From IMG/VR virus record IMGVR_UViG_3300031673_000048, positions 1 to 58,763 of that record: a stretch of 58,763 bases of DNA; one strand, written 5' to 3'. The position numbers and the translations under genes were made by a program. Source of the DNA: a virus (taxonomy: Duplodnaviria; Caudoviricetes). A model generated the notes under the pieces. The model did not search any database, was not told the origin of the DNA, and saw nothing but the letters and a program-made list of their open reading frames with translations. Positions 9,491 through 19,051 of the stretch are shown here, one piece after another (within the stretch, counting starts at the first letter, position 1; every line of letters starts with the position of its first letter).

Positions 9491-10534
9491 TCATTTTATT
9501 CTATCGAACCTCGCTTCTTTTGGAATCCCATCGTCCGATAACTCACGGTACTTGAACTCAACCACAGTTCCTTTCGGAAAAAGATGATGGCTATAATAGT
9601 CTTCTAGTCTATCACCGGGAAAAGTTTCAGCGAAAGCTTTAGTAATATCGTTTTTTATTTCCCGCTGTAAGTGTGTCAGCCCCGATAATTTTAGCTCCTT
9701 ACCATTCTCTAATCGCAGAATCAGGGCTCCGAGCTTCCCGAGAAGTTGTCCTGTCTTGCCCTCTTCCCCGGCAGTGTAACCGATAACAGTTCCATCCATT
9801 GTATTAATAGGCTTGTGCTTCAAAAGACAATGACTTCGTTCTGTTACCCAACTGCTACTGCCCCACCGCAGCATCACACCTTCACCACCATCTTTTACTG
9901 TTTGGGTTAAATGAAAACTAATTTCTTCTAATGCTCCAATATTAGTCAATGGCAATCGGTATTGAACCAACGGCTTAACAACATTATTCTTGAGATTCTT
10001 TAAGAAAATAGTCCGTAGCTCGAAATTCCAATTAGGGCTAACTAGCCTAACACCTCGGTCTAAAGCCCATTGATAAGCATTAGCTTTTACAAAGAAACTA
10101 TATTCATTCCTGATTTTAATCCCACGATGATTAAAGAAGCTAGTCGGGCTATCGAACACCTGAAAAGTAACATCTGTCCAACCATCACCAGGAGTGTTAC
10201 TGGAAACGATTGTTCTTAGTTCCTGGAATCGCCCGTTACCAATCCATAGCTCCCCATCAAGCACTACATTCGGTAGCTCATTAAGCCACCAATCCGGAGC
10301 ATGGATAACTTTACCGGCTCGGGACCATAGCCCTGTAGCAATCGGTTCGTCAACGAATCGTTTGTCTTTGACGGTATTAGCATACGGTACTTCACTGGCT
10401 GGAAGACCTCGGCTTATCCCACCATCCCATATAGCTCGGCAACCATCTAGTTTTTCAGAGAGCCACCATCCACCTACCCGATCTTTATCAGGATTGAAAG
10501 TGTGAGCTAGCATCACGTATTCAGATTTACTCAT
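9491..10534 (-). CDS. lig: ATP-dependent DNA ligase
   Basis: EKLDG, LDGELW, FD, EGVMLR, LKHKP motifs and C-terminal OB fold. Confidence 0.95.
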   Translation of the reverse strand: MSKSEYVMLAHTFNPDKDRVGGWWLSEKLDGCRAIWDGGISRGLPASEVPYANTVKDKRFVDEPIATGLWSRAGKVIHAPDWWLNELPNVVLDGELWIGNGRFQELRTIVSSNTPGDGWTDVTFQVFDSPTSFFNHRGIKIRNEYSFFVKANAYQWALDRGVRLVSPNWNFELRTIFLKNLKNNVVKPLVQYRLPLTNIGALEEISFHLTQTVKDGGEGVMLRWGSSSWVTERSHCLLKHKPINTMDGTVIGYTAGEEGKTGQLLGKLGALILRLENGKELKLSGLTHLQREIKNDITKAFAETFPGDRLEDYYSHHLFPKGTVVEFKYRELSDDGIPKEARFDRIK

Positions 10535-10715
10535 AGTTCTACTGCTGCTATTAAGTGATTAGGATATATAGCTTCGATAGCCTGTATTGATGAATAGCAT
10601 TTACCTTGAAGCGTAAAAGATGCTTCTGTTTTCGCTATAATTACATATTGTTGGATAACATCCATAATTAAGTATATAATAGAACCGTATTCTACTTCTA
10701 CCTCATTAGTTGTTT

Positions 10716-10985
10716 TCATAACAATAAATGCCTCCCGCCTTCTACTTCTTTTACCCACTCATTTAATCGTTTTAAAGTGAAAACCATATCTCCACCATAA
10801 TCATCCACTATCAGAGAAATTTTCGCTTTACGGTATTTCTCTCGAATCGCTGCTATTGATGAGTAATAGGCGAAGTCTAATTGATCTCTTACTTCACTGA
10901 TAATGATATGCTCGCTGCCACTATCATAAATAATATAATCAATCGAGTAGGCCACTTTAACGATTTTATTATCAATTGTCTTCAT
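10716..10985 (-). CDS. Hypothetical protein
   Basis: ATGA-coupled start MKTID. Confidence 0.5.
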   Translation of the reverse strand: MKTIDNKIVKVAYSIDYIIYDSGSEHIIISEVRDQLDFAYYSSIAAIREKYRKAKISLIVDDYGGDMVFTLKRLNEWVKEVEGGRHLLL

Positions 10986-11197
10986 CGTTGATCCTTTCCA
11001 CAAATATCGCATACACAGCTATCGGCTGCCACATGGCCGCCACAGTATTTACAAGCATAGCATAACGGCAACCCCATCTGAGCGAACTCTGGGTCTTCAC
11101 AAATATAGCAATCATCTTTATATACTGTCGGAGTGCTGGTAAAACCATCTTTCAATAAAAAGTACGCTGGGTCAAACGGGTCTAATGGCTTACTCAT
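10982..11197 (-). CDS. Cys-rich small zinc-binding protein
   Basis: CYIC, CKYC and CDIC pairs. Confidence 0.6.
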   Translation of the reverse strand: MSKPLDPFDPAYFLLKDGFTSTPTVYKDDCYICEDPEFAQMGLPLCYACKYCGGHVAADSCVCDICGKDQR

Positions 11198-11474
11198 TAA
11201 TTAGCTGCTTATAATAGGTGCTATCGTAATGGGTGATTTCTTTCTCAACGATGCCGATTAACCAGGCTTCCCAGAAAGGATGCTTATCAAACCATTTGCG
11301 ATTGATGAAACTATTATCGAAATGCACTTCAATGATTTTAATATCGTTGACGATAATTTCGTCGGGTATCCCCTGATGATAGCTGCCATCCTTATAACTG
11401 CATCCCGGCTCACCTTTGTCAACAGTGAATCGAACGTCACAGAGAATGTCACAGCGGTTCAGTTCAATAATCAT
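11190..11474 (-). CDS. Hypothetical protein
   Basis: Coupled ORF. Confidence 0.55.
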   Translation of the reverse strand: MIIELNRCDILCDVRFTVDKGEPGCSYKDGSYHQGIPDEIIVNDIKIIEVHFDNSFINRKWFDKHPFWEAWLIGIVEKEITHYDSTYYKQLINE

Positions 11475-11809
11475 AGCTTAATAACTCCATAACTATTATC
11501 ATTTATTGAATAATAACACTTTTTCACCCCGCTGTTCCGCATCACCGCTATGCAATTCTTGCAAGGTCTAGCTAAAGCAAAAGTACCATTTCTCAATACT
11601 CGAACAACGTAGACTACTCCACCCCAATCCATTTTTTTACAAACTCGTGTTTCGGCATGAGCTTGTGGCTCTGGGAGTCTGTTTGGAAGATTTGGTGATT
11701 TTACTATTGTTCCGTCGCTTCTTACACCGAGGGCACCTATTCGATGTCTTCGTATTGCACTTCCCCGAATCGCTACTTCCTTAACCATCCTGAAATGTTT
11801 GCTGCTCAT
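11471..11809 (-). CDS. Cytidine/deoxycytidylate deaminase-fold protein
   Basis: HAE and PCKNC zinc motifs. Confidence 0.85.
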   Translation of the reverse strand: MSSKHFRMVKEVAIRGSAIRRHRIGALGVRSDGTIVKSPNLPNRLPEPQAHAETRVCKKMDWGGVVYVVRVLRNGTFALARPCKNCIAVMRNSGVKKCYYSINDNSYGVIKL

Positions 11810-12146
11810 TTTCAATCTCAATATTTGCAATCCAAGACTCAAAAAGATAAGTCAAATGTTTTGGCATCATCGTGTACATAAGATACTCAGGGAGAAAATC
11901 GTCTATCTTATAGGACTCACTAAGTATTTCTTTTCCGAAAAGTGCCTCCGTCATAGGCCGTTTCCTGTTACAATCACAATTTTTTGCGGCAAATCTCAAT
12001 TTATTGCCGTAATTTGAAACCAATTCATTAAATTTGGTAGCAAAATCAATCTCTAATGCAACAACACTATTTGATTCAGCTACTACTGTTGCTTCATTGA
12101 TTTTAACATCACCCAGTTCGACGATTTCAATTCTTGTGTTTCTCAT
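11781..12146 (-). CDS. Hypothetical protein
   Basis: 121 aa co-oriented ORF. Confidence 0.55.
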   Translation of the reverse strand: MRNTRIEIVELGDVKINEATVVAESNSVVALEIDFATKFNELVSNYGNKLRFAAKNCDCNRKRPMTEALFGKEILSESYKIDDFLPEYLMYTMMPKHLTYLFESWIANIEIENEQQTFQDG

Positions 12147-12149
12147 TTT

Positions 12150-12395
12150 TCAATCAGGTAAAAAAGAAAGTAATTCTCTAAACGAAAGAATTGCATATTG
12201 CTTGCCATTGAAACCAGAAAATACAATACCGCCTCGACTAGCAGCATATTGTTTCATTTCCTAGCATTCAATTAATCCAAGAAACTCCATTGCTATAGCT
12301 AAAGTAGATGATTGTAAGATTTTATAACCATTAGTTAAGCCATTCACTCCAAAATGATCACTAACAACCATTTTACACAATTCAGTTTTTGCCAT
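12150..12395 (-). pseudogene. Hypothetical gene interrupted by an in-frame TAG
   Basis: GGAGG RBS; MAKTEL...IEC*EMKQ...FLPD; stop at 12261-12263. Confidence 0.5.
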
Positions 12396-12411
12396 TTAAT
12401 CCTCCAGTTAG

Positions 12412-12494
12412 TAGCATCGGTGGGACTCGAACCCGCAAGGGCTGTGCCCGACGAATTTTAAGTCCATTGCGTATGCCAATTCCGCCACGACGCC
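12412..12494 (-). tRNA. tRNA-Leu(TAA)
   Basis: Cloverleaf with long variable arm, CT-TAA-AA loop, GGTTCGAGTCC; followed by CTA rather than CCA. Confidence 0.9.
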
Positions 12495-12498
12495 ATAG

Positions 12499-12572
12499 TG
12501 ACTCCGATTGGACTCGAACCACCGGCCTCGGGCTTATAAGACTCGCGTTCTAACCAACTGAACTACCGGCGG
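12499..12572 (-). tRNA. tRNA-Ile(TAT)-like, chimeric or pseudo
   Basis: Good D arm and CT-TAT-AA loop; acceptor strands CCGCCGG and CGGAGTC do not pair. Confidence 0.65.
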
Positions 12573-12573
12573 A

Positions 12574-12873
12574 TCATTCCAATTCATCTTCTGACCAAAG
12601 AATCTCTTTTTCACCTATTCTTAGACCAAGATATATCATTGGCCCAGAGTCCCAAATCGCTGCTTGAACAAACTCATCAGCACAATTACCATCTTTTAAT
12701 TGATGTCTATAAAGAGGATATCCGTTCCCAAACATTCCTTCGTAATGACCAATGATTTCCAATTCTTGAAGAAATAGTCGTTCGCAACAAGGACAAAATT
12801 GTCTTAGTATTTCATGGTTTGATAGAAAATTTAAAGCCTCCTGGCATAAACCCATCGGTTGGTCACATCGCAT
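12574..12873 (-). CDS. Hypothetical phage protein
   Basis: 99 aa with CPCC. Confidence 0.6.
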   Translation of the reverse strand: MRCDQPMGLCQEALNFLSNHEILRQFCPCCERLFLQELEIIGHYEGMFGNGYPLYRHQLKDGNCADEFVQAAIWDSGPMIYLGLRIGEKEILWSEDELE

Positions 12874-12911
12874 TTTAGTTTTCTTATTCTATCGGAATCA
12901 ACTATTACTGT

Positions 12912-13061
12912 TCAAAAATCATCGTCGTCATCGTAGTCATCATCAAAATCATCATCAAAAAGACCACTATTTTCAAAACCATCATTGTAAAAATCATCAT
13001 AGAGATCATTATCGTAGTCATCGCCATCTAAATCATCCCAGTGATATTCTTTGTTAATCAT
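12912..13061 (-). CDS. 49-aa Asp/aromatic-rich peptide
   Basis: GGAGG RBS; MINKEYHWDDLDGDDYDNDLYDDF...DDDDDF. Confidence 0.65.
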   Translation of the reverse strand: MINKEYHWDDLDGDDYDNDLYDDFYNDGFENSGLFDDDFDDDYDDDDDF

Positions 13062-13122
13062 CAATTTCCTCCAATAGTTTAATTAGTCTATCTGCTTTAA
13101 GGTTAATATTCGTATCAGCCAC

Positions 13123-13419
13123 CTATCCATGTTTCTTTCTTGCTTTAGCAAACGATATTAATGAATGAAACACCTTTCTTTGTTTAGTTCCGATTTTAAC
13201 AGCAAAAACTGTATAATTATCATAGAACTCAGGATAACACGCTACACATGGTGGTATAACTAAACCTCCGCAAATCTTACACCGTCTATTCTTTAATAAC
13301 CTTTTCTTGTTTTTAAGCTTTTTCCGTTCCTCAATTCTTTCAGGCATCCATTCCAATCGCATATCTTTATAATGATAGAGCCGTAGATCACAGAATTCTG
13401 CATCACGTAATTTACCCAT
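13123..13419 (-). CDS. Hypothetical basic protein with zinc knuckle
   Basis: CKICGG...PCVAC. Confidence 0.55.
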   Translation of the reverse strand: MGKLRDAEFCDLRLYHYKDMRLEWMPERIEERKKLKNKKRLLKNRRCKICGGLVIPPCVACYPEFYDNYTVFAVKIGTKQRKVFHSLISFAKARKKHG

Positions 13420-13622
13420 TAGGAATAACTTTTACCTGGATATTAGTAAATCCAAGAAATTGACAAGCACGAAGTCGTCGTAAACCATCAACTAGTACAA
13501 AAACCATTACCGAACTTAGATACCACTATCGGTTCTTCTAAACCATTGATTTTAATATCTTTGATCATGCCGTCTGAATCATGGCAAGGTCTTAATGGTG
13601 CAACCAATTTAGAAATTTTCAT
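13412..13622 (-). pseudogene. Stand-alone ParB N-terminal (ParBc) domain, frameshifted
   Basis: IKINGLEEPIVV then VLVDGLRRLRAC; one extra base in the run at about 13499-13503. Confidence 0.7.
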
Positions 13623-13756
13623 TGATTTTTCCAATATAAACAGGCCACAAACAAGCATATACTGCTAACTTCCAAGGATTGCTGTATGGTGTAACCCAAG
13701 AGGACCAGCAGAACACACTGACAAATAAATATCCTACAATTGCTAAGGCTATAAAA

Positions 13757-14149
13757 TTAAACATAGCTTTCTACCTCACAAAGAAGTGATTTGCCACTTT
13801 GACTTTGCTTCACAACTCTCAAACTTTTTACTCTAACAGTATCACCATCTAAACCGATTTTTTTAATAAGTTCTGCTCTAGCCCTAGCCATCAAAATACA
13901 TTTCCATCCGTTATGCGACTTATGCTCATCATTTTGAAGATACCATCTTGGCTTTATATCAGGTATTTCTGGGACAAAAGCCTTTCCATAAATAAACGGG
14001 GGTTTTCCGTCTTGAGTTTCAACAATCAAAACAACATCACCGTCAATTGGACGCAATATTGCTCCATTATCTGGTGGGCTATCAATGATTTGCTTGTACT
14101 TTTCTGACCACTCAGCCAAACCAACTAACACTTTTTCTAATTCACTCAC
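13757..14149 (-). CDS. Hypothetical protein
   Basis: Probable GTG start (VSELEK) overlapping the sigma factor end. Confidence 0.55.
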   Translation of the reverse strand: MSELEKVLVGLAEWSEKYKQIIDSPPDNGAILRPIDGDVVLIVETQDGKPPFIYGKAFVPEIPDIKPRWYLQNDEHKSHNGWKCILMARARAELIKKIGLDGDTVRVKSLRVVKQSQSGKSLLCEVESYV

Positions 14150-14690
14150 TAGATAATCTCCTGTAACGATCAAAAAGAATTTTACGAATATGCCAAACGT
14201 ATTGACGGCTCCCCCCAAAAATTTCTCCTATTTGTAAATCATTTAAACCCTCTATTCTTAGTTTTATAGTTTTTCGCTCAATTTCAGTTTTGACTATAGA
14301 ATCAAGAATATCAAATAAAATTATACTATCAAAGAATATGCCTCGTTTGTGTACCATATTATCAATTAATGGTACGTTTTTTTGTGTAAATCGCTTTATA
14401 AATTTTCTACAATGTTGGTGAACATATCTATTAATGTAGCCCCCAATATTATTATGCTTAATATTATGAAACCTATTAACTGCATCGACTACTCCAAGTA
14501 ATGCTTCACCTTGTAAATCATCTTGATCTAACCCAGTTATCTTATGATAATGTGAAGCTATAGCAGAAGCCGGTATAACGAAAGCCATAGTTAGTTCGTC
14601 TTTAATGATTTTATTATCTGGATCAACTTTTAACTTAATAGCTAATTCTGCAATATCATCATCAGATAGCTTTGTTTGATCGAAGTGCAT
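14142..14690 (-). CDS. Phage sigma-70-family RNA polymerase sigma factor
   Basis: Region 2 DDLQGEALLGVVDAVNRF; region 4 HTH EGLNDLQIGEIFGGSRQYV. Confidence 0.85.
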   Translation of the reverse strand: MHFDQTKLSDDDIAELAIKLKVDPDNKIIKDELTMAFVIPASAIASHYHKITGLDQDDLQGEALLGVVDAVNRFHNIKHNNIGGYINRYVHQHCRKFIKRFTQKNVPLIDNMVHKRGIFFDSIILFDILDSIVKTEIERKTIKLRIEGLNDLQIGEIFGGSRQYVWHIRKILFDRYRRLSSE

Positions 14691-14955
14691 ATTTTACCTC
14701 TGCAATTTTTGCCTTATAATAATCTATTTCATTATGATTATTTCCTCTCATTGCTTTTAACATCAAATCATAATAAATAAGATATAGTTTATGTAGTTGA
14801 TCGTTGTCACCAGTTGGGCCTAATAACCCCAAAAGAAAATCATTTCGTTCCTTTTGTAATCTTCTTACATCGGCGGTCAGATTCCGTCCCCATGATTCAT
14901 TAAATTGTGATTGACATTTTCTTAACTTGCTGCGGATGACTGACTTGCTGCTCAT
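14662..14955 (-). CDS. Hypothetical protein, first gene of the sigma operon
   Basis: AGGAG RBS before MSSKS. Confidence 0.6.
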   Translation of the reverse strand: MSSKSVIRSKLRKCQSQFNESWGRNLTADVRRLQKERNDFLLGLLGPTGDNDQLHKLYLIYYDLMLKAMRGNNHNEIDYYKAKIAEVKYALRSNKAI

Positions 14956-15044
14956 TTTCACTCCTGATTTTAAAATCAAATCATCGTTTTTAACAAAATC
15001 AATATCATTTTACTTTTTTCTAGTCTATTCAGTTTTTCTTTTTC

Positions 15045-15104
<60 letters not shown>

Positions 15105-15121
15105 GTGGGGGCATATATTAT

Positions 15122-15149
15122 ATTATAACCTATATTTTCAAGCTGTCAA
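15122..15149 (-). promoter_or_regulatory. Consensus sigma70 promoter
   Basis: TTGACA-N16-TATAAT pointing into the sigma factor operon. Confidence 0.75.
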
Positions 15150-15198
15150 CCATAATTATTTAACGAATTATGAAATGGTATTGATTTTATTAATCTTA

Positions 15199-15684
15199 TT
15201 AATTTGATTTTGATTTTATTGGAATGAATAACCAGTACAATTGAACAGCGATTTTAATATCATCTAATGGGTAAATCATACCCCTTGGGTCATAAACTGT
15301 ACCGTCATCATGAGCAACAGCGTGCCAATAACCAGACGGTGCTTTACCCATTAAAATTCCTTTGGTCCCAGCTAAATAATGATCGAAACGCTCTTCATTA
15401 CTATCAAAATTAGCAAATTTGATCCCATACTTATCTACCCCAGTAGCAGTTTGAATCGAAACAGCCTCAATAGGAATCATGGCATAATTCAAAGCTAAAG
15501 CAGCATCAATCAATTCCTGAGTATGAAAACCTTTTCTATTCCCAGGCGACTTTAATTTTTCATTGATTACCTCGCTTCCATCATGCCCTATCAATTTCTC
15601 TAACCATTCTATAGGTTCATCAACTACCATTGCCATTGCAGCTAAAGAACAGTTCCAATAATTAGTTGACTTTATTAATTTCAT
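15199..15684 (-). CDS. Papain-fold (C39-like) peptidase
   Basis: NCSLAAMAM catalytic Cys helix; WHAVA...VYDP. Confidence 0.65.
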   Translation of the reverse strand: MKLIKSTNYWNCSLAAMAMVVDEPIEWLEKLIGHDGSEVINEKLKSPGNRKGFHTQELIDAALALNYAMIPIEAVSIQTATGVDKYGIKFANFDSNEERFDHYLAGTKGILMGKAPSGYWHAVAHDDGTVYDPRGMIYPLDDIKIAVQLYWLFIPIKSKSN

Positions 15685-16028
15685 TATTATCCTTGCATTG
15701 ATACTATAGTTATTGTTGATTCTAACAATTTTATATTTTCGCATATTTTACAAATAAAATCAAAGGATAAATGCTCTGGCGGTGAAAAATCTGGGGGTGC
15801 AATAGTAGTAAGTAGGCTACCACACTTTGAGCAATAATGTTTCATAGTTTTACATTCTTCTTTGATAAAAGTTTTCATTGTATTAGCCAATTCATTAACG
15901 GTTTAACAATAGAATATTCTATTGTCTGTGCTACCCCAGTATAATTAAAATGGCCAAGAACCATAATTAATACTGAGTCAATTATATTCATTACTGTGTG
16001 GCAATAAATTGCTCTTTTTATATAAATC

Positions 16029-16517
16029 TTAAACATCTTTTTTATTTTCTAATAAATCTTCAGTTATTTCTATACAAGTCGTTAATTTTTGTAAACTGGC
16101 CGGGATATTACAAGCAAAAATCGTTACCGATACGCTTTTTTCTTTAAGATATTTTACCAGAGGAATAATATCTGGATTAGATACTCCAATAATAATATTA
16201 GTATCATCATTTTCAAAAATTTCTTTAAAAATATCAACAGAAATACCAACAAGCCAATTGCATCGTTTAATATCTCTATTACCTATTTTCAAAACATACG
16301 GACACTTATATTTTGTAATACATCCAAGTGATTGAATATATTTAATAAATGAACTAGCTTCATTACCCTCCTGGCACCCATAAGCTATAATTTTTGGGTC
16401 ACTAAAATCAAGAATCTTTTTAGCTTCTTCTAAATATTTACCATAATCTAGTTTACCAGAGCCAAATTTCTTTAATAACTTATAATAAAGATCAGTAATG
16501 TCAACAAATAAAGCCAT
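16029..16517 (-). CDS. NYN/LabA (PIN-like) domain protein, degenerate active site
   Basis: LFVD, DYGK, GISVD, IIIGVSNPDIIPLVKYLKE.SV.V. Confidence 0.7.
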   Translation of the reverse strand: MALFVDITDLYYKLLKKFGSGKLDYGKYLEEAKKILDFSDPKIIAYGCQEGNEASSFIKYIQSLGCITKYKCPYVLKIGNRDIKRCNWLVGISVDIFKEIFENDDTNIIIGVSNPDIIPLVKYLKEKSVSVTIFACNIPASLQKLTTCIEITEDLLENKKDV

Positions 16518-16520
16518 TGT

Positions 16521-16925
16521 TTAATTCCTATTTTGTTCTAGTGACCATTGCCTATTCAATTTAATATTTCTTGGAGAAACTTTTGATCTTAATATTATAA
16601 CAGGCTTTTTAATCATATAGTGCCAAGCCTTTATAGAAAAGTTAATAGTAATTTTTAATGAATCTAAATCACTGTATGCCTTAATACATTCATCTGTGTT
16701 ATATTCAACTTTTAATTCACAAATATCTTGACATCTTAATAATGCCATCCAATGTAACTGCATTCCTAATAATTCTTCCCCAGCTAATTCTAAGGTATGT
16801 AACCAAATACCATATTTGTCTGGGGTCACTCTGCGTATAGATTCTTCCACGATTAATCCCGGAAACAATCCTATTTTTTGTATATTTGTCCAATTTTCTA
16901 ATGATGTGAAATGATAGCCTATCAT
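16521..16925 (-). CDS. Putative ADP-ribosyltransferase-fold protein
   Basis: YHFTS...IQKIGL.P...GIWL N-terminal pattern. Confidence 0.45.
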   Translation of the reverse strand: MIGYHFTSLENWTNIQKIGLFPGLIVEESIRRVTPDKYGIWLHTLELAGEELLGMQLHWMALLRCQDICELKVEYNTDECIKAYSDLDSLKITINFSIKAWHYMIKKPVIILRSKVSPRNIKLNRQWSLEQNRN

Positions 16926-16937
16926 GTCTAAATAACT

Positions 16938-17582
16938 CTATAACCTTGATGCTATAGCTACCCCGCTTCCTGTACCAATAATATCGGCACCTGCTTCAAT
17001 AAACAATAATGACTGCTCGGTAGTTTTAATACCTCCGGCTGCCTTGATTTTAATATCTTTGCTACCACTCTTCCACAGCTTTACAGTATCTAATGTCGCA
17101 CCGCCAAAACCATACCCCGTTGACGTTTTGATACACCAGGCACCACTATCACAAACAATTTGTAAAGCAATCAACAATTGAGCTATGTTAAGATAGCATT
17201 CTTCAACTATAACTTTAATTGGGATATTCGGAAAATGTCTAACTAACCATGAAAGTTCTTCAACTACTTTAATATATTCTTTGTTAAGAAAAGCCCCAAG
17301 ATTCCAAACTACATCGAACTCATTCGCACCCTCTTCCAAAGCATTATCCATTTCGTGCAGTTTTACCGGACAGCGATTATATCCGAAAGGGAACCCAATA
17401 ACTGAACTTACTTTTAATCCGGTATCTTTTAATAAATTACTGGCTACATGAACTAAACTAGGCGGTACACAAACCCCTCTGAACCCTAATTCTAATGCTT
17501 CTAAACAAAGTTGCCTAATAATTTTTCCATTAGCATCTGGCTTTAGATATGTATGATCAATAGTATCAAGTAAATTCACCAT
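16938..17582 (-). CDS. deoC: Deoxyribose-phosphate aldolase (DERA)
   Basis: IDHT.LKP, VIGFPFG, KVIVE, IKTSTG, IKAAGGI. Confidence 0.97.
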   Translation of the reverse strand: MVNLLDTIDHTYLKPDANGKIIRQLCLEALELGFRGVCVPPSLVHVASNLLKDTGLKVSSVIGFPFGYNRCPVKLHEMDNALEEGANEFDVVWNLGAFLNKEYIKVVEELSWLVRHFPNIPIKVIVEECYLNIAQLLIALQIVCDSGAWCIKTSTGYGFGGATLDTVKLWKSGSKDIKIKAAGGIKTTEQSLLFIEAGADIIGTGSGVAIASRL

Positions 17583-17982
17583 CAACTCCAAAGAAAAGTG
17601 ATGATTCATTGTTCACAGCCACAAGACTATCACTGGCATGAATGCAGTTACGCATTACCGGATATGATCCGAAATTCCCTCTGATAGTCCCAGGTAACGC
17701 TTCAAAGCTATTTGTTGGACCTATAATATCTCTCACTCGATCAATGGCATGATGCCCTTCTATAATTATACCGATCACTGGAGCACTCATCATAAATTTA
17801 GCTAAATTATTAAATACGTTTTTTGGCACATGCTTATACATTTCCCAACACCATTCTCTATCAACTTGCTTGATACCAATATCAATGATTTTGAAATCTT
17901 TATCCTCGAACATACTAATAATTCTACCAATAAGACCCCTTTTAATGGCATCTGGTTTAATTATAATAAAGGTTTGTTCCAT
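17566..17982 (-). CDS. ndk: Nucleoside diphosphate kinase
   Basis: IIKPDA, PGTIRG, NCIHASDS. Confidence 0.97.
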   Translation of the reverse strand: MEQTFIIIKPDAIKRGLIGRIISMFEDKDFKIIDIGIKQVDREWCWEMYKHVPKNVFNNLAKFMMSAPVIGIIIEGHHAIDRVRDIIGPTNSFEALPGTIRGNFGSYPVMRNCIHASDSLVAVNNESSLFFGVDGEFT

Positions 17983-18175
17983 TAAATTTTCTTTAATTTT
18001 TTAAGGATAGTAGTAAAATCATCTATTGCCAATCACAGTTTTAATGGATCAATATCAATGGCATCCTGCCCACGATATACTCCCTTATCCCCATTTAATC
18101 CATAAATTAATCTATCATACCTAGTATTTAATCCCGATTTTAATTGTCTCAGCCTATTTGAATACACTTTAGTCA

Positions 18176-18397
18176 TTATACACCTTTACCGAAAACTGCA
18201 CCGATTCCGTTTATTACACCAAAAACCGGTTCATCAAGATCAAATGTTACTATCGTATCAACATCGAAAGAGCGTTTCACAGTTTCACTGTAGCTATACT
18301 GTATTAATTTGTCTCTGTCCTGGACAGAACATACAATCATATCTTGTGGTTCAACATGAATAACTTTATTTAATTTATGCCTACTTCGTTCAATCAT
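18176..18397 (-). CDS. Hypothetical protein
   Basis: Abuts the thyX stop. Confidence 0.55.
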   Translation of the reverse strand: MIERSRHKLNKVIHVEPQDMIVCSVQDRDKLIQYSYSETVKRSFDVDTIVTFDLDEPVFGVINGIGAVFGKGV

Positions 18398-19051
18398 TTA
18401 TAAATCCTCGAAAAGTGCTGGTAATTTGATTCTAATATCGTCAAGTATATTTGCAAATATGCCCCTTATTTCCCATTGTGCATGTGTATTAAGAGCACGC
18501 TCTTGAAAAACATGACGCCACTGACGTACATTGAACGTCACCGCAAGCTCTGTTTTAGTTGCATTAGGAAGGACATACCTAGCATCTTCGGGCCTTACGC
18601 TGTCATCCAATTCGCATAAATACTCTTCGTATGATCTACAAATACAATTTAACCAATTATTCTGTTTGATGGAGTTCACTGATGATATTGCTAAGTATCT
18701 TCCAGGTCCCAAACCGATAGACGGCGGACAAATAACTTTTAAGCTATTATTCTTGCCGTAGTTGCAGTACCTCTGAGATTCTTGAGAATAGGCTGCGATA
18801 CGATGCCTGACCAATTGATGCGAACAAGATCGACTACATATTATGATAGCGGTAAGAGAAACGTGTTCAAGAACACTATGATGCCCGGATTTTATAATCA
18901 TTCTGATGAATTTTTCAGCGGAGTCATCAGTGATTTTATCCTCAGACCGATAACAGATACGCCCGCATCGCTCGATATGCTGGCATATAAATGGAAATGA
19001 CCTTATTGTATACTCAGGCCAATAATAAGAGGGTTTAACGATCTCGATCAT
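18398..19051 (-). CDS. thyX: Flavin-dependent thymidylate synthase
   Basis: GHHSVLEH, RHRIAAYSQESQRY, AQWEIR. Confidence 0.97.
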   Translation of the reverse strand: MIEIVKPSYYWPEYTIRSFPFICQHIERCGRICYRSEDKITDDSAEKFIRMIIKSGHHSVLEHVSLTAIIICSRSCSHQLVRHRIAAYSQESQRYCNYGKNNSLKVICPPSIGLGPGRYLAISSVNSIKQNNWLNCICRSYEEYLCELDDSVRPEDARYVLPNATKTELAVTFNVRQWRHVFQERALNTHAQWEIRGIFANILDDIRIKLPALFEDL

